Positions 25,101 to 34,007 of a DNA stretch of 55,854 bases are shown here, piece after piece. How positions within the stretch are numbered: the stretch's first letter is position 1; the number at the start of each line of letters is the position of its first letter. The DNA is from a virus (Duplodnaviria > Caudoviricetes). The position numbers and the translations under genes were made by a program. A model generated the notes under the pieces. That model searched no databases. It saw only the letters and a program-made list of their open reading frames with translations, and was not told the origin of the DNA. Where the stretch lies: positions 1 to 55,854 of the IMG/VR virus record IMGVR_UViG_3300030370_000147; one strand, 5' to 3'.

Positions 25101-28100
25101 GAACAGCCCTCCACCACACATCACCATTGGCAAACTGTATCGTTGGGGTCTGGTAGTATACACCATTAGGCCTCCGACCTATATTGTATACCTGTGAGGT
25201 CTCCTGATACACTATTTCCTCCCCTTCAGCCAAACGATTAGGGGTCACAATCTCTACTATGCACCGCCCCCGCCAAAAGTTATTTCCTTGAGGATTGTTG
25301 TTGTCGAGAATGACCGAGTCAAAGCTGAATCCACCTGCCTGTTGATTGTTCTTCAGTATTAAAAACTGACCTGTCAAGTGAACCGCATCTGAGTCGTCAG
25401 TCTCCATCAAAGGATTGGTGTCTGAATCCGACGTTAAGGTTACTTGACCCGCAATCTCAAAAATAAGATTCGAAGGATAGATCTGAGTAGTGTCGTCGGT
25501 AAAGTAGCTTATGACTCTTAGGTAATCACCTGGAGAATATGCGTAAAGATCGCTTGTGCCATCAGGATGCACCGCACCAAAGGCCTCAGAGTACGAGACA
25601 GAAGGATTGAACTGCAGGTAGTTTAAAGAGACGTAGATGTTGTTCAATGCCTCCTGCTCAGAGTCAATAGCATGATACCCACCACCAACGCTGTACTGAA
25701 TGAAATCTTGAACTGTACTGCTGCCCGCATAAACTAGCTGAACATAATGAGCCCAATCTGGAGGATCACTAAGCAATGCTATGTCCATACTAACACGCCC
25801 CTGACGACCAGTACCACCTCTCTCTGCTGGAGAATAGCCTGGTACAAAAACAGGGGGGAGTGGACGAACGTTTCCTGGTCGGCCCCTTTGATCGTAATGG
25901 ATGATACCTAAGGCGTGAGTAGCATTGGTCTTAAATGTGCGGTATGTGCCACTAACATCAGTCTCGCCTAAGAATATATCAGTTGCAATCTCTGCCCTAG
26001 GTCCTGCAGTAGAAGATTCAAAGCTGAAATTGTAAAATTCTGTTGGGTCACTTGGATCCTCATCAACCGCCCCAGCACCGCCACTATTAATGAGTTGACC
26101 ACCAATCCTTTCAAGCGTACTATTGAAACTAAATCCTTCAGGGAACAGGTCACCAATATCCTCACCTTCAATGTTTTGAGAAAACCCTGTTGCCCAGGCA
26201 GCAACGCCCCAACAGATTGCCATAGATCCATAAGGCCCTATCTCAGGGTCACTAGACATGTGAACGTGATCGGTGCCTGAAGCTCCTAATGGTGTGGCAT
26301 AATCACGGTATTCTCCTCGGTAGATAGCGGCATGGATCTCTCCGTCACACAACGAAGCACCTGCTTCAAACGGTATATTACTGTTTAGGACTGCAATATC
26401 AGTTGGGTCCAGACCCTGCTCAGTCAGATAATCTATCCTCCGTGTCGTATTGTTGACAAAGAGATCGTCACCAGGAACTGGACCCGTTAATGTACCCTCT
26501 GTACTATACAGCCAACCTAGAAGTCGTGACCGTTTAGTCAGTGGCAGCATATCATTATTATTCCCGCCTGCCATCGTCCCTAAGAAAGCAGTCTGATCCC
26601 GTGGGTCAGCATCGGAAAAACCGAACAAATTGTTTTGGGATAGGTAGGTCGGGGAGAACACACGCCACCCTTCAAACCTTAATCGCTGATCGATAGGTCC
26701 TGCACCAGCTACAGTACCAGCAGAATTAAGTACAGGCAAGCACGTACGCACATCGCAATCACTTAAACCATCAATCTCTAAGTGCATTACAAGCGCACCG
26801 TTTGGGTCGGCAGTTATTGGAGTATTCCTAAGTCTGAAACTAATACTAGCAGAGTTTACAATACAGTAGCCTATTGGAGCATTTGAAGCCCATATGGATG
26901 CATTGTTACCATACGTATTGTTTGCATTAGTACTGATAACTGGAAAGATGAGCTTGGATACTTCTAGGTGACTGCTGTTTTTAGTAGGAAGGATAGCAAA
27001 CGCTGGAGTGTCTGTATTAATGACGGCATATGTTGCGGCATAATTGTCGTAAGTTGCCTCAGGGGTTGAGCCCAATGACAATCCACCAACACCTTCGATG
27101 CCTGGAATCGCAGTTCCAGGGTCATTCAGATAATCTAGGTAGGCGTCGCTGTCAGTCGGGTCCAAAAGTCCTAAGTCAAAAGCATAGGATGGATTGACCT
27201 GTGAGTTTACCACATCCCATCCAGCGGGAGCCAGCTCTTCAGGCTGGCCACTCAAGCCATACGCTAAGATAGCACCGATTTGGGCCTCAGGGTTAGTAAT
27301 TGCCCCCTGAGACACAGCAGTAAAAGAAAAATTCAGTTGCTCTGCAGAGCCTTGCGGCCCACGAAAACGAAGGGGAGACAAACCATGATAGCCACACCTC
27401 GCCTGAGAGATGCTAGGGTTATTAAATATGCTTTGGCCTTCTGCTGTAGACCTCCACCGTAAATTACCTGTTCCAATACCAGTACCAATACCACCTACAG
27501 GTAGTGAGCCACGAGATGCATTGCTACTAGCATAGGTCTCACCAGGTAGTTGACCGTTCTGAAACGCATCATTATTAGCAAAGTCTAGGGTTTGAGCATT
27601 CGTAGCGAGTGAGTCTACACCTATAGTTTGACTAGCGTGGTAATTATTTTCTGCTTGATACGCCTCAATAGCTCCTCCAAAAGCCACACGAATTTGAGCG
27701 GTTATGTTCGTCCCTGCAGGCAGGGAATCAGGCAGTTGGGAGAGATCCATCACAAATCCCGTCGATCTGTTTGAGAAGTTAGTCCCTACACCCTCTAATG
27801 TGGTAGCTTGATTATCTAGGGGAACGACTGCTGCCCGTACAGGGATGTTGACGTTGATGAACTCGTTAGGTCGATCTTCATATACCAGCGTGATATTACC
27901 CTCTATAGGTTCCTCATCAAAACCCTCAACATAATTACCATAGAACAACCTGTTCTCAACTACTGAGACAGCCTCAGCAACTTGAGGGTGGGCATCAAAA
28001 TCCCTGTTCTGTTCTTCGTTGGTCAGTCCTGTAAGAACCTCATCGTTATAGAAGTCGTATACAATAGGGTTACCTCCAACACCAGGCCATTCTACTTCGT

Positions 28101-29031
28101 CTATTTCATACCACGCTCCAATGTTACCCTGCCTCACCAAGAGACGCACACGCTCTACCTCTTCGGAAAAGTTAGGCACCAAGTCAACAGCAGACGGAAC
28201 AACAAGTCGAATAAACATCGGGAGCTCTAGCTGCGTAGCGGTAAAGCCTTGCCGCAGATACTCCTCTGGGACAGCGATGTCAGAATAAGTTGATATAGCC
28301 GACTCTTCCCCAGTAAAATAGATGCACTGAAAAGCAAACTGTAATCCAGGAATCCGACGGAAGTTGCTTTGAGCCCGCGTGGGATCAGGTTGGAAAGTAA
28401 ACTGGATAGGGTGGATAGGGGCCTTAGTACAAGCCGTTATTAGATCCACGTCATCTACACTGTTTTCTGTATAGTTAAAACCAGTAGGGCCATAACCATT
28501 TTCTACACAGCGCAGAACGTCAAGTCTCCGAGGCTCATTCTCATTGTCCGTAAAGTATAGGATGGGACGGTAAGTATCGTTAGGGCCTGTGATATGGACT
28601 ACATCACCGACAACTCTGGCGGTAGAGCTGAATTGAAACTCACTCGTTCTATATATCGGTCTCCATGCTTGATCACCCCCAGCAAAAAATCCATAAGCAT
28701 CGTAAGCATACACCCCCATTTCACTAGGGTCCTGGGAATAGATGAACATGTAGATCACTCCTGACCTAGGATCACTAATCTTACCCAGTACCCGTCTTTC
28801 ATAGACTGGCTCAGGGGGGAATACGTCATCTAACTCAAACGTCTTAATGGCTCTTAGCTGATTACCTTTCTGAGGTTTTACTACACCTGAATCACCGCCA
28901 TCGTTTGCGCCCACCAAATTATCGAAGTCCTCTGTGACTACGACGTTTAGGGCGTCGTTCATCTCAGTTTTCTTTCGGATCCGATTGTCCTTTCCTGAAT
29001 TAAGAAGTCTGGGAAATAACTTATCGATCAT
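22159..29031 (-). CDS. tail stabilisation/nozzle protein (P22 gp10-like) with large insertions
   Basis: 2290 aa; DALNV, LYFTDNENEPRRL, NRLFYGNY, GIIHYDQRGR, FGNI, LFVVQEDKVS, ISDAGM, GYDP motifs. Confidence 0.75.
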   Translation of the reverse strand: MIDKLFPRLLNSGKDNRIRKKTEMNDALNVVVTEDFDNLVGANDGGDSGVVKPQKGNQLRAIKTFELDDVFPPEPVYERRVLGKISDPRSGVIYMFIYSQDPSEMGVYAYDAYGFFAGGDQAWRPIYRTSEFQFSSTARVVGDVVHITGPNDTYRPILYFTDNENEPRRLDVLRCVENGYGPTGFNYTENSVDDVDLITACTKAPIHPIQFTFQPDPTRAQSNFRRIPGLQFAFQCIYFTGEESAISTYSDIAVPEEYLRQGFTATQLELPMFIRLVVPSAVDLVPNFSEEVERVRLLVRQGNIGAWYEIDEVEWPGVGGNPIVYDFYNDEVLTGLTNEEQNRDFDAHPQVAEAVSVVENRLFYGNYVEGFDEEPIEGNITLVYEDRPNEFINVNIPVRAAVVPLDNQATTLEGVGTNFSNRSTGFVMDLSQLPDSLPAGTNITAQIRVAFGGAIEAYQAENNYHASQTIGVDSLATNAQTLDFANNDAFQNGQLPGETYASSNASRGSLPVGGIGTGIGTGNLRWRSTAEGQSIFNNPSISQARCGYHGLSPLRFRGPQGSAEQLNFSFTAVSQGAITNPEAQIGAILAYGLSGQPEELAPAGWDVVNSQVNPSYAFDLGLLDPTDSDAYLDYLNDPGTAIPGIEGVGGLSLGSTPEATYDNYAATYAVINTDTPAFAILPTKNSSHLEVSKLIFPVISTNANNTYGNNASIWASNAPIGYCIVNSASISFRLRNTPITADPNGALVMHLEIDGLSDCDVRTCLPVLNSAGTVAGAGPIDQRLRFEGWRVFSPTYLSQNNLFGFSDADPRDQTAFLGTMAGGNNNDMLPLTKRSRLLGWLYSTEGTLTGPVPGDDLFVNNTTRRIDYLTEQGLDPTDIAVLNSNIPFEAGASLCDGEIHAAIYRGEYRDYATPLGASGTDHVHMSSDPEIGPYGSMAICWGVAAWATGFSQNIEGEDIGDLFPEGFSFNSTLERIGGQLINSGGAGAVDEDPSDPTEFYNFSFESSTAGPRAEIATDIFLGETDVSGTYRTFKTNATHALGIIHYDQRGRPGNVRPLPPVFVPGYSPAERGGTGRQGRVSMDIALLSDPPDWAHYVQLVYAGSSTVQDFIQYSVGGGYHAIDSEQEALNNIYVSLNYLQFNPSVSYSEAFGAVHPDGTSDLYAYSPGDYLRVISYFTDDTTQIYPSNLIFEIAGQVTLTSDSDTNPLMETDDSDAVHLTGQFLILKNNQQAGGFSFDSVILDNNNPQGNNFWRGRCIVEIVTPNRLAEGEEIVYQETSQVYNIGRRPNGVYYQTPTIQFANGDVWWRAVPVNINDYQDGNFINIIQPDVDAFGEANTFPTQPRFRSVYLETDTFNDTFPGCDVNGLGKVKRYKPDAAQVRRFSSVTFSDENNYSVRRLRFTVFNPYLAPFKDLPNEFGNINALLNYNDSLFVVQEDKVSMLPVNRQIISDVLGAESLIATSKVVGNQQMMPSSAGADNNRESVIKVDDSVYFAHKTKKQVYRYNPKKGVEVISDAGMNAYFVDTFEEYGYGDLVRVVSGYDPLNDEYIITVMTTNVINQSAYAPYTQPNIELLSDFPDGGFTPNEEGDGITEWDDSYGGPMEDLVEEVVDTGGTAPDGVAPTDADPFPPTNPPGTVSVADFNKDRIIDYFNGNSPNGFDPPYELTSWEGATSSTSTGVSVSTKGVLTDGVAGTLGDFTVTNGEGAYLGNFKANAGLINSVNEAIDFVSGLTYNGPGIPEQNDYEAYLDNNLIVNPNVNIPGVPLKIAYEVRSLALRDTVKEIIVGLKTGAEDQIVQLVAGIDGTVADVSDQLAAAGLATEPNLAVLLNATVVANEALQDYMSTVMMAGAPIQINFVSKLKTDVAVSGLTSFQETDYPLGGPEINSLTQLKTLVGNVGDSITPLLNLNSIDISSAVAKLVDTAATLRGQVDVLADQVQALSDAPSSFAPGAATFIPDVTSGQLESTTVSTIAGDGVLGFDDVQRSFSLETIQFIVENLGLGGGNDAEITEDYIIKVVADVVKEVAVQSGATDDVFSIRGNQNIPTRGNSELVRGLGNLFNPLDLGALNSPDGVFGVTDVLDILSVYETPGEFYGGTASDSGGRSAVVNTYNMLTSSDPYQTYRDDYFAGRAGVAVLNPEPFASGPSITQTIMLGVLWFQNGPNGNNTAATAENYSDLGVTHLDFPPPTQYNPGDIFAIYEQFSAVDEETGLSFWEMVFGNGQVLPLVKKGPLDLSGPYGDWIAKSTKLDGGYISQFAIPLFQNFGAQLTRPLSTEELLSVVQSVINNNPL

Positions 29032-29894
29032 CAGTGCTTGGGGGACTGTCGGAAGTTCTGACGCACAGTCTTCAACGCCTCTTCTTTAGTGAAGTTGTTC
29101 ATCCGTGCCTTAGACTTACGTCGCTCATTGTAATACTCTTGCCGAGCCCGTGCCTTCTCGCCCTGAGGAATCGTTGACTTACGCTCACACAGCTTGTAGT
29201 ACATGTAGCTACGCAGAGCTTCTTCAGCATAAACATGAATCACAGGGAATGTAGAACGTGCCTCATCTGCCACATACTCAAGGACTACCTCAGATGTAGT
29301 GGAGTTAGTATCAAGTTCAATCCTATTTTGCTCCAGGTTCATGCGGTAAAAACCGCGAAGGTGGCCACCGCCTGCACCGTAGAGTCGGCCCAGTCCACCC
29401 TGGTATAGGTAGTTCTGAAACACATAGAAGTCGTGATCGTTTTCGCCACTGCTGGAACCTGCTGTGTCTGTGCCATCAGCATCTCGATTATCAATGAGGT
29501 TGGCTGGGATAGGCAGAGTACCTGCTTCACTGTCCGCTTGACTAATCACACTGTCTACCGCAGGCTCGACGACTTGACTCATGTTCAAGTGCTTGTTCTC
29601 ACCTAGCACATACACCACGCCACCTGAAACCACGCCAAGCTTTATTAAATCCACGAAGTCGTCGGGCAGGGTTACCGTATTTGTTGTAGCATCTATGGTC
29701 CTCTTTATAGATCTCACTCGACTTGTTACGTCAAAGCCAAACTCACGGATACCCCGTAGCGCGATGTTACGGATTGCAGTATCGTTGACATTACTGATGT
29801 AATCATCAGTGTCCATTGTAATAATGAAATCGTCAATCACCTGTCGGAGACTGACGTAGTTCATGGCATCCTGTGCGACGTTAGTTAATGGCAT
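29031..29894 (-). CDS. tail ring/adaptor protein
   Basis: YVSLRQVIDDF, LPDDFVD, VVLEYVAD, IHVYAEEAL; between capsid and nozzle genes. Confidence 0.65.
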   Translation of the reverse strand: MPLTNVAQDAMNYVSLRQVIDDFIITMDTDDYISNVNDTAIRNIALRGIREFGFDVTSRVRSIKRTIDATTNTVTLPDDFVDLIKLGVVSGGVVYVLGENKHLNMSQVVEPAVDSVISQADSEAGTLPIPANLIDNRDADGTDTAGSSSGENDHDFYVFQNYLYQGGLGRLYGAGGGHLRGFYRMNLEQNRIELDTNSTTSEVVLEYVADEARSTFPVIHVYAEEALRSYMYYKLCERKSTIPQGEKARARQEYYNERRKSKARMNNFTKEEALKTVRQNFRQSPKH

Positions 29895-30751
29895 TACTCA
29901 GCTTGGGTTTCCATCATTCCATATTGCATCAGCACACTGTCTCGAAGGCGGACGCCAATAAGCTGACAAATCTCCATAACAACCTCATGAATGTAATGAG
30001 GAGGAAGGTCAAAGCCCCTACTGCTGTTCAAGTTGGGGATAATAAATCCTGTCCCATCATTGACTGTATTTGCCACGAATCTTGGAGAGCTGTTTGGGAT
30101 AAGATCGCCAAGGGCATATTCCTGAGCAAAGCTCGCTCCCTCTACCACTGTGGCCAGAGTGACCGCTGCCTCAGCACGGGATTGTGGCTGCCTGTAATAC
30201 CGCAGCACCACCCCTGTAATATCTGTAGGGAAAACCTGAAACACTTCGTTCATTTCCAAGGCCACAGGGAACTGCAGTGTTGGTGTGGAGAGGTTACTGT
30301 TCAATACCCTATTAGCCTTCTCAGAATCGTAGAGTAGTTCTACGCTAGTATTAGTACCCTCTACTTGCATAGATATCAGGTGACCAAAATCCGATGGCCT
30401 TCGAAAAGTAAACGCTCCGTCAGGGTTAATCTCTACAGTAATCTCCTGTTCTGGATTGTCAGGGTCTGCGATCGTGTCTTCATATGCATCAATGTCTACC
30501 GTGATCAGACGGTTGTTGATGTAGGTAGAAAGATCTTCCTCCACCATCTTGTATGCTGACTTGTCTCTACCACCATCCCGACCAGACTTGCGTAGGGCTG
30601 TGGCAAGTTTCATTTCATTGAACATCTCATTATAGATGTTCTGTTGCGCCACCTCTGCAAATGAAGAAAAGACGTTAGGGGATATGAATCCCTTTTGATC
30701 CTTATTCGCCATATCGCGAACAATATTGTACACCCTGACGATACTGACCAT
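29894..30751 (-). CDS. tail ring/head-tail connector protein
   Basis: Start moved to ATG 30751; NKDQKGFISP, PT..FP, RYYRQP, FDLP motifs. Confidence 0.65.
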   Translation of the reverse strand: MVSIVRVYNIVRDMANKDQKGFISPNVFSSFAEVAQQNIYNEMFNEMKLATALRKSGRDGGRDKSAYKMVEEDLSTYINNRLITVDIDAYEDTIADPDNPEQEITVEINPDGAFTFRRPSDFGHLISMQVEGTNTSVELLYDSEKANRVLNSNLSTPTLQFPVALEMNEVFQVFPTDITGVVLRYYRQPQSRAEAAVTLATVVEGASFAQEYALGDLIPNSSPRFVANTVNDGTGFIIPNLNSSRGFDLPPHYIHEVVMEICQLIGVRLRDSVLMQYGMMETQAE

Positions 30752-30757
30752 AGTATA

Positions 30758-30765
30758 CAAATATA
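30758..30765 (-). promoter_or_regulatory. -7 promoter box TATATTTG
   Basis: 6 nt upstream of ATG 30751. Confidence 0.65.
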
Positions 30766-30794
30766 AAAAAGAAAAGGCCGCGCTAGGCGGCCTT
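30765..30794 (-). terminator. Rho-independent terminator
   Basis: AAGGCCGC/GCGGCCTT stem followed on the - strand by a T-rich tract. Confidence 0.75.
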
Positions 30795-30814
30795 GTCTCT
30801 TGTTTGTCAAGTAC

Positions 30815-31663
30815 TTAGGCCAGCTTCCCTAGCTTATCTTCCAGGGACCCTAATACCCCCGCTCCTTTCTCTGTCAGACAGAAGCGCGTCATCACATCAA
30901 CTGGGCTCATACCTGCGGGTACACTGACAATAACCTGGTTACTATCAAACCACCGTACTGAGTCAGTCTTCAGGGCAATAAACTGATAGTCAGCAGCCTG
31001 CTGGACGATCGAGCGAGCGCCGACCATGGGGTCATCAAAGGACTGAATGAAGTTACCAGGGTTTTTCTTGGCCACCTGTAGGAGGTTGTAACGAATGTCA
31101 CTCGTGTTAGCGTTGACGTTTACACCATGATAAATAGCAACAGCAAGGAGGTCCTCGATCGCTTTCTCCCTAACCATTTGGATAGCATCGTTCAGCAAGA
31201 ACTCCTTCTCCAACTCCTTCTTAGCTTCCTGTCTCTTATCGACCAACCGAAACAGTTTTCCGCCATTAAGATGATTGCCTGGGTGCAGCTCCAAGAACTT
31301 CTTGAGATTAGGCTTCTCCTTAGGTACAAAGATCCGACCATCCCGAAAGATTACTGCTTCTCGCCGTGCCTTGTCGCCCTGCTCATCTGTCCAGATGCTA
31401 GGCTCATTAGGGCAATAGCGGATCTCCCGTACAGTATCTTGCTCTGAATCGTATACCGTCACTCCTTTCTGAGGAAGCATAGTAACGATACCCGCACCAG
31501 AAACAATTTCGTATTCCGTGTTTCCCGTCGGCGCCTCCTTACGCTTTAAGACATTTTTCTTTTTACTGGGGGTAGCTGGGGCTGCTTCAACAGGCTTGGT
31601 TTCAGCTTTGCTCTCAGATTTTCGTGGACGACCTGGCGCCCTACGGGTAGTAGTTTCACTCAT
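30815..31663 (-). CDS. conserved morphogenesis-region protein of unknown function
   Basis: 282 aa; REIRYCPNEPSIWTDEQ, IFRDG, LKKFLELHP. Confidence 0.7.
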   Translation of the reverse strand: MSETTTRRAPGRPRKSESKAETKPVEAAPATPSKKKNVLKRKEAPTGNTEYEIVSGAGIVTMLPQKGVTVYDSEQDTVREIRYCPNEPSIWTDEQGDKARREAVIFRDGRIFVPKEKPNLKKFLELHPGNHLNGGKLFRLVDKRQEAKKELEKEFLLNDAIQMVREKAIEDLLAVAIYHGVNVNANTSDIRYNLLQVAKKNPGNFIQSFDDPMVGARSIVQQAADYQFIALKTDSVRWFDSNQVIVSVPAGMSPVDVMTRFCLTEKGAGVLGSLEDKLGKLA

Positions 31664-31682
31664 ATTAATTAAATTTCAATAA

Positions 31683-31690
31683 CAAATATA
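31683..31690 (-). promoter_or_regulatory. -7 promoter box TATATTTG
   Basis: 19 nt upstream of ATG 31663, AT-rich leader. Confidence 0.65.
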
Positions 31691-32965
31691 CTACAAAGGA
31701 TAGTAGTTGTATCTAGCGAAAAGCTCTTTCGCAATACGACTGGCCTCAGCAGCTCCAATGTCAGATTCAATCACACCGAATCTAGCCAACTCACCCTTCC
31801 AATCAGGAGAGCTTCCTGATCCTCCGAGGCGATCAATCTTCAGGTCTCCGTCAGTTCTGTGATCTGCTGAAGAAACACCTCCCACTTTTGCTGGGAGAAA
31901 CCCTACCGCCTCTCCCGTGTAGTCATGTACATAGAGATTAAACTTTGTATCACGTCTAATTACCCATACGTTACAGATCCGAGCCCCTAGAGTTCCTTTG
32001 TTAGCTGTAGTTAGGCTGTCGAGTTTGGGATCTTGAAGCCTAATTGCCTTAGTCCCAAATTTGGTATCGTTCAATTGTACCTCTGCTGGGCGCCCTACAT
32101 TGCCATCAAACTTGAAGTACATAGTGTTGTCCACCTTACCGTCACCAAAGCCTTGAGTCTGCCCAGAAGCGTCCCCGTAGATTGGATACATCTGAATGAC
32201 ACCTGCCAGCCCGTAAACCACATACATTGTAAAATCACCCTGGACAGTCAACTCGTTGCTAAAGTGCAGTGAGTCACTAGCAGTAAGCGTTACAGCATTA
32301 GTCGCTAAGTCGTTATTCCTGGCTCTACTCTGAATAGGGTTTCCTGTATCCGCATCTAAAACGTAGGTATTTCCTCCCCGCCCCGCGTTAGCCCATGTAT
32401 TCGTAGCCCCTACGTTAGCTCCTATAGACCCTGTTAAGGTCGTCTCATTGAAGTCAACAATAGGACACAGTGTATGACTCGTGAATCGGATTCCTGCGAA
32501 TTCGTTGGAGAGCGTAGATGTCACATCTGCATCGTCAGGGTTATTACTGACTAACTGTGTCGACATAACCACTGGCTGCTTGAAGACCTTAGCACTAATG
32601 GCCTGTGGTGCTGTAAGCTGCGGCTGACGAAATGTAGATGTACCTGTGACCACGTCAAACACCATCGTGTTCTTAGTGGATTTATCGTTTGCTATAAAGT
32701 CTAGCACGTCACGGATCATACTGAACTCCTCACCCTCGCTGCACCCTACGTCGATACTGGTTTTTCTCAGTGCTTCTCTTACACTACTAGTCTGCTGCTC
32801 ATAGACTCCTGCATCATTAAATACAAATGTCACTCCTCCCGAAATACCTTTAATGTGGGATATGTGGGAGGCTGGGATAGCAATGACAGACAGATTCTCC
32901 CCTGTGTTTGAAACATCCTCACTAAAAATATTGGGCGTCTCTCGGCGGAATAAGAAGAACTTCAT
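31691..32965 (-). CDS. virion accessory protein with C-terminal ConA/LamG-like domain
   Basis: GDFTMYVV, WVIRRD, IDRLGG, WKGELARFGV pattern typical of LamG-like folds. Confidence 0.6.
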   Translation of the reverse strand: MKFFLFRRETPNIFSEDVSNTGENLSVIAIPASHISHIKGISGGVTFVFNDAGVYEQQTSSVREALRKTSIDVGCSEGEEFSMIRDVLDFIANDKSTKNTMVFDVVTGTSTFRQPQLTAPQAISAKVFKQPVVMSTQLVSNNPDDADVTSTLSNEFAGIRFTSHTLCPIVDFNETTLTGSIGANVGATNTWANAGRGGNTYVLDADTGNPIQSRARNNDLATNAVTLTASDSLHFSNELTVQGDFTMYVVYGLAGVIQMYPIYGDASGQTQGFGDGKVDNTMYFKFDGNVGRPAEVQLNDTKFGTKAIRLQDPKLDSLTTANKGTLGARICNVWVIRRDTKFNLYVHDYTGEAVGFLPAKVGGVSSADHRTDGDLKIDRLGGSGSSPDWKGELARFGVIESDIGAAEASRIAKELFARYNYYPL

Positions 32966-32969
32966 ATTA

Positions 32970-32977
32970 CAAATATA
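32970..32977 (-). promoter_or_regulatory. -7 promoter box TATATTTG (leaderless geometry)
   Basis: 4 nt upstream of ATG 32965. Confidence 0.65.
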
Positions 32978-32985
32978 CCGACAAT

Positions 32986-33011
32986 AAAAAAGGCCCCCGT
33001 AGGAGCCTTTT
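32986..33011 (-). terminator. Rho-independent terminator
   Basis: AAAAAAGGC-CCCCGTAGGA-GCCTTTT inverted repeat with T tracts on both strands. Confidence 0.7.
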
Positions 33012-33032
33012 CTTCTGCAGATATTAAATATA

Positions 33033-33650
33033 TCAGGGTCCAGTAATCGTTGCAGCTTTACTTACGGTCAAGTTACTGTCGCTCGTAGGGAGTGTCAGTG
33101 TAATCTCAATCGTTGCAGCACCAGCACTGAAATCAGTGCTGTCAAAACTAATAGCATCGGTAGCGGTTGCAATGGCGCCTGTCTTAGTAGATGTTGCGCT
33201 GTCATCATTCATGCTTAAGGTAGCAGAGAATCTGCAACCAACCGTGGCGGTAGCCAAGGTAAATGTAAAGTCATCTGTTGCAGTAGCCGTGATTGCCACG
33301 TCAGTGTTCGTGATCGTAAAATCAGGAATGCGAACGCCAGGGATACTCCCCACCGTATTGATTCGATTCGGTCCGATCTTTACTGCTTGCCTGTGCTTTT
33401 GCAAGCCACTCAACGCAGAGATCAAAGACTCCGCCCCAGCCTCAGCACCACCAGAAACAGCATCGAGAACGATACGCTCTGAAGTACTAGCGTTGCTGTC
33501 TCCTGTGTTGTCAAGCTTCGTGAAGAATAGCGTGACCTTATCATTCGTAGTGTCGGCCTGAATAGCACGAATGCGACCATTAACCACCTGATAGATTTGA
33601 TCAGGTGTCAATGCTGCAGCCAACCCACTATTGGAAAAAATTGTATCCAT
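33033..33650 (-). CDS. capsid accessory/decoration protein
   Basis: Start moved to ATG 33650; Thr/Ala-rich beta C-terminus; downstream of MCP. Confidence 0.6.
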   Translation of the reverse strand: MDTIFSNSGLAAALTPDQIYQVVNGRIRAIQADTTNDKVTLFFTKLDNTGDSNASTSERIVLDAVSGGAEAGAESLISALSGLQKHRQAVKIGPNRINTVGSIPGVRIPDFTITNTDVAITATATDDFTFTLATATVGCRFSATLSMNDDSATSTKTGAIATATDAISFDSTDFSAGAATIEITLTLPTSDSNLTVSKAATITGP

Positions 33651-33671
33651 CTTGAGGCTTTGTGATGTCAA

Positions 33672-33693
33672 GGTGGGGACCGAAGCCCCCACC
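33672..33693 (-). terminator. stable cUUCGg-tetraloop hairpin (attenuator or mRNA-stabilising)
   Basis: On the - strand GGTGGGGGC-TTCG-GTCCCCACC, weak U tail; follows MCP and the small capsid gene. Confidence 0.6.
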
Positions 33694-33709
33694 CATCAAT
33701 CAGTTCGTA

Positions 33710-33982
33710 TTAATCTGCCCAAGTAGCCGCCGTGACCTCTCCGTGAACATCAAGCAGCGCAATGACTACTTGCTTTCCGAAGTTGATCTCGTCGATCAAA
33801 GCCTCAGCAATCTTGTCAGGCACGCCTGCAGCGCCACCATCAACAGTAAGACTGTCATTGGTAGGAGTGCCTGCTAGAGCCTTCACCTCCACCACAATAT
33901 CGTTGGTGGCTGTGGCGATGATGCCGATAACGTTCTCGGCAGGGAAGTAGTAACCGTCAGTGGTCTTCAAGTACTTAATCAT
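33710..33982 (-). CDS. small capsid accessory protein
   Basis: 90 aa directly downstream of MCP. Confidence 0.65.
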   Translation of the reverse strand: MIKYLKTTDGYYFPAENVIGIIATATNDIVVEVKALAGTPTNDSLTVDGGAAGVPDKIAEALIDEINFGKQVVIALLDVHGEVTAATWAD

Positions 33983-34007
33983 GAGTTCTCAGATTATATG
34001 TTAATGA

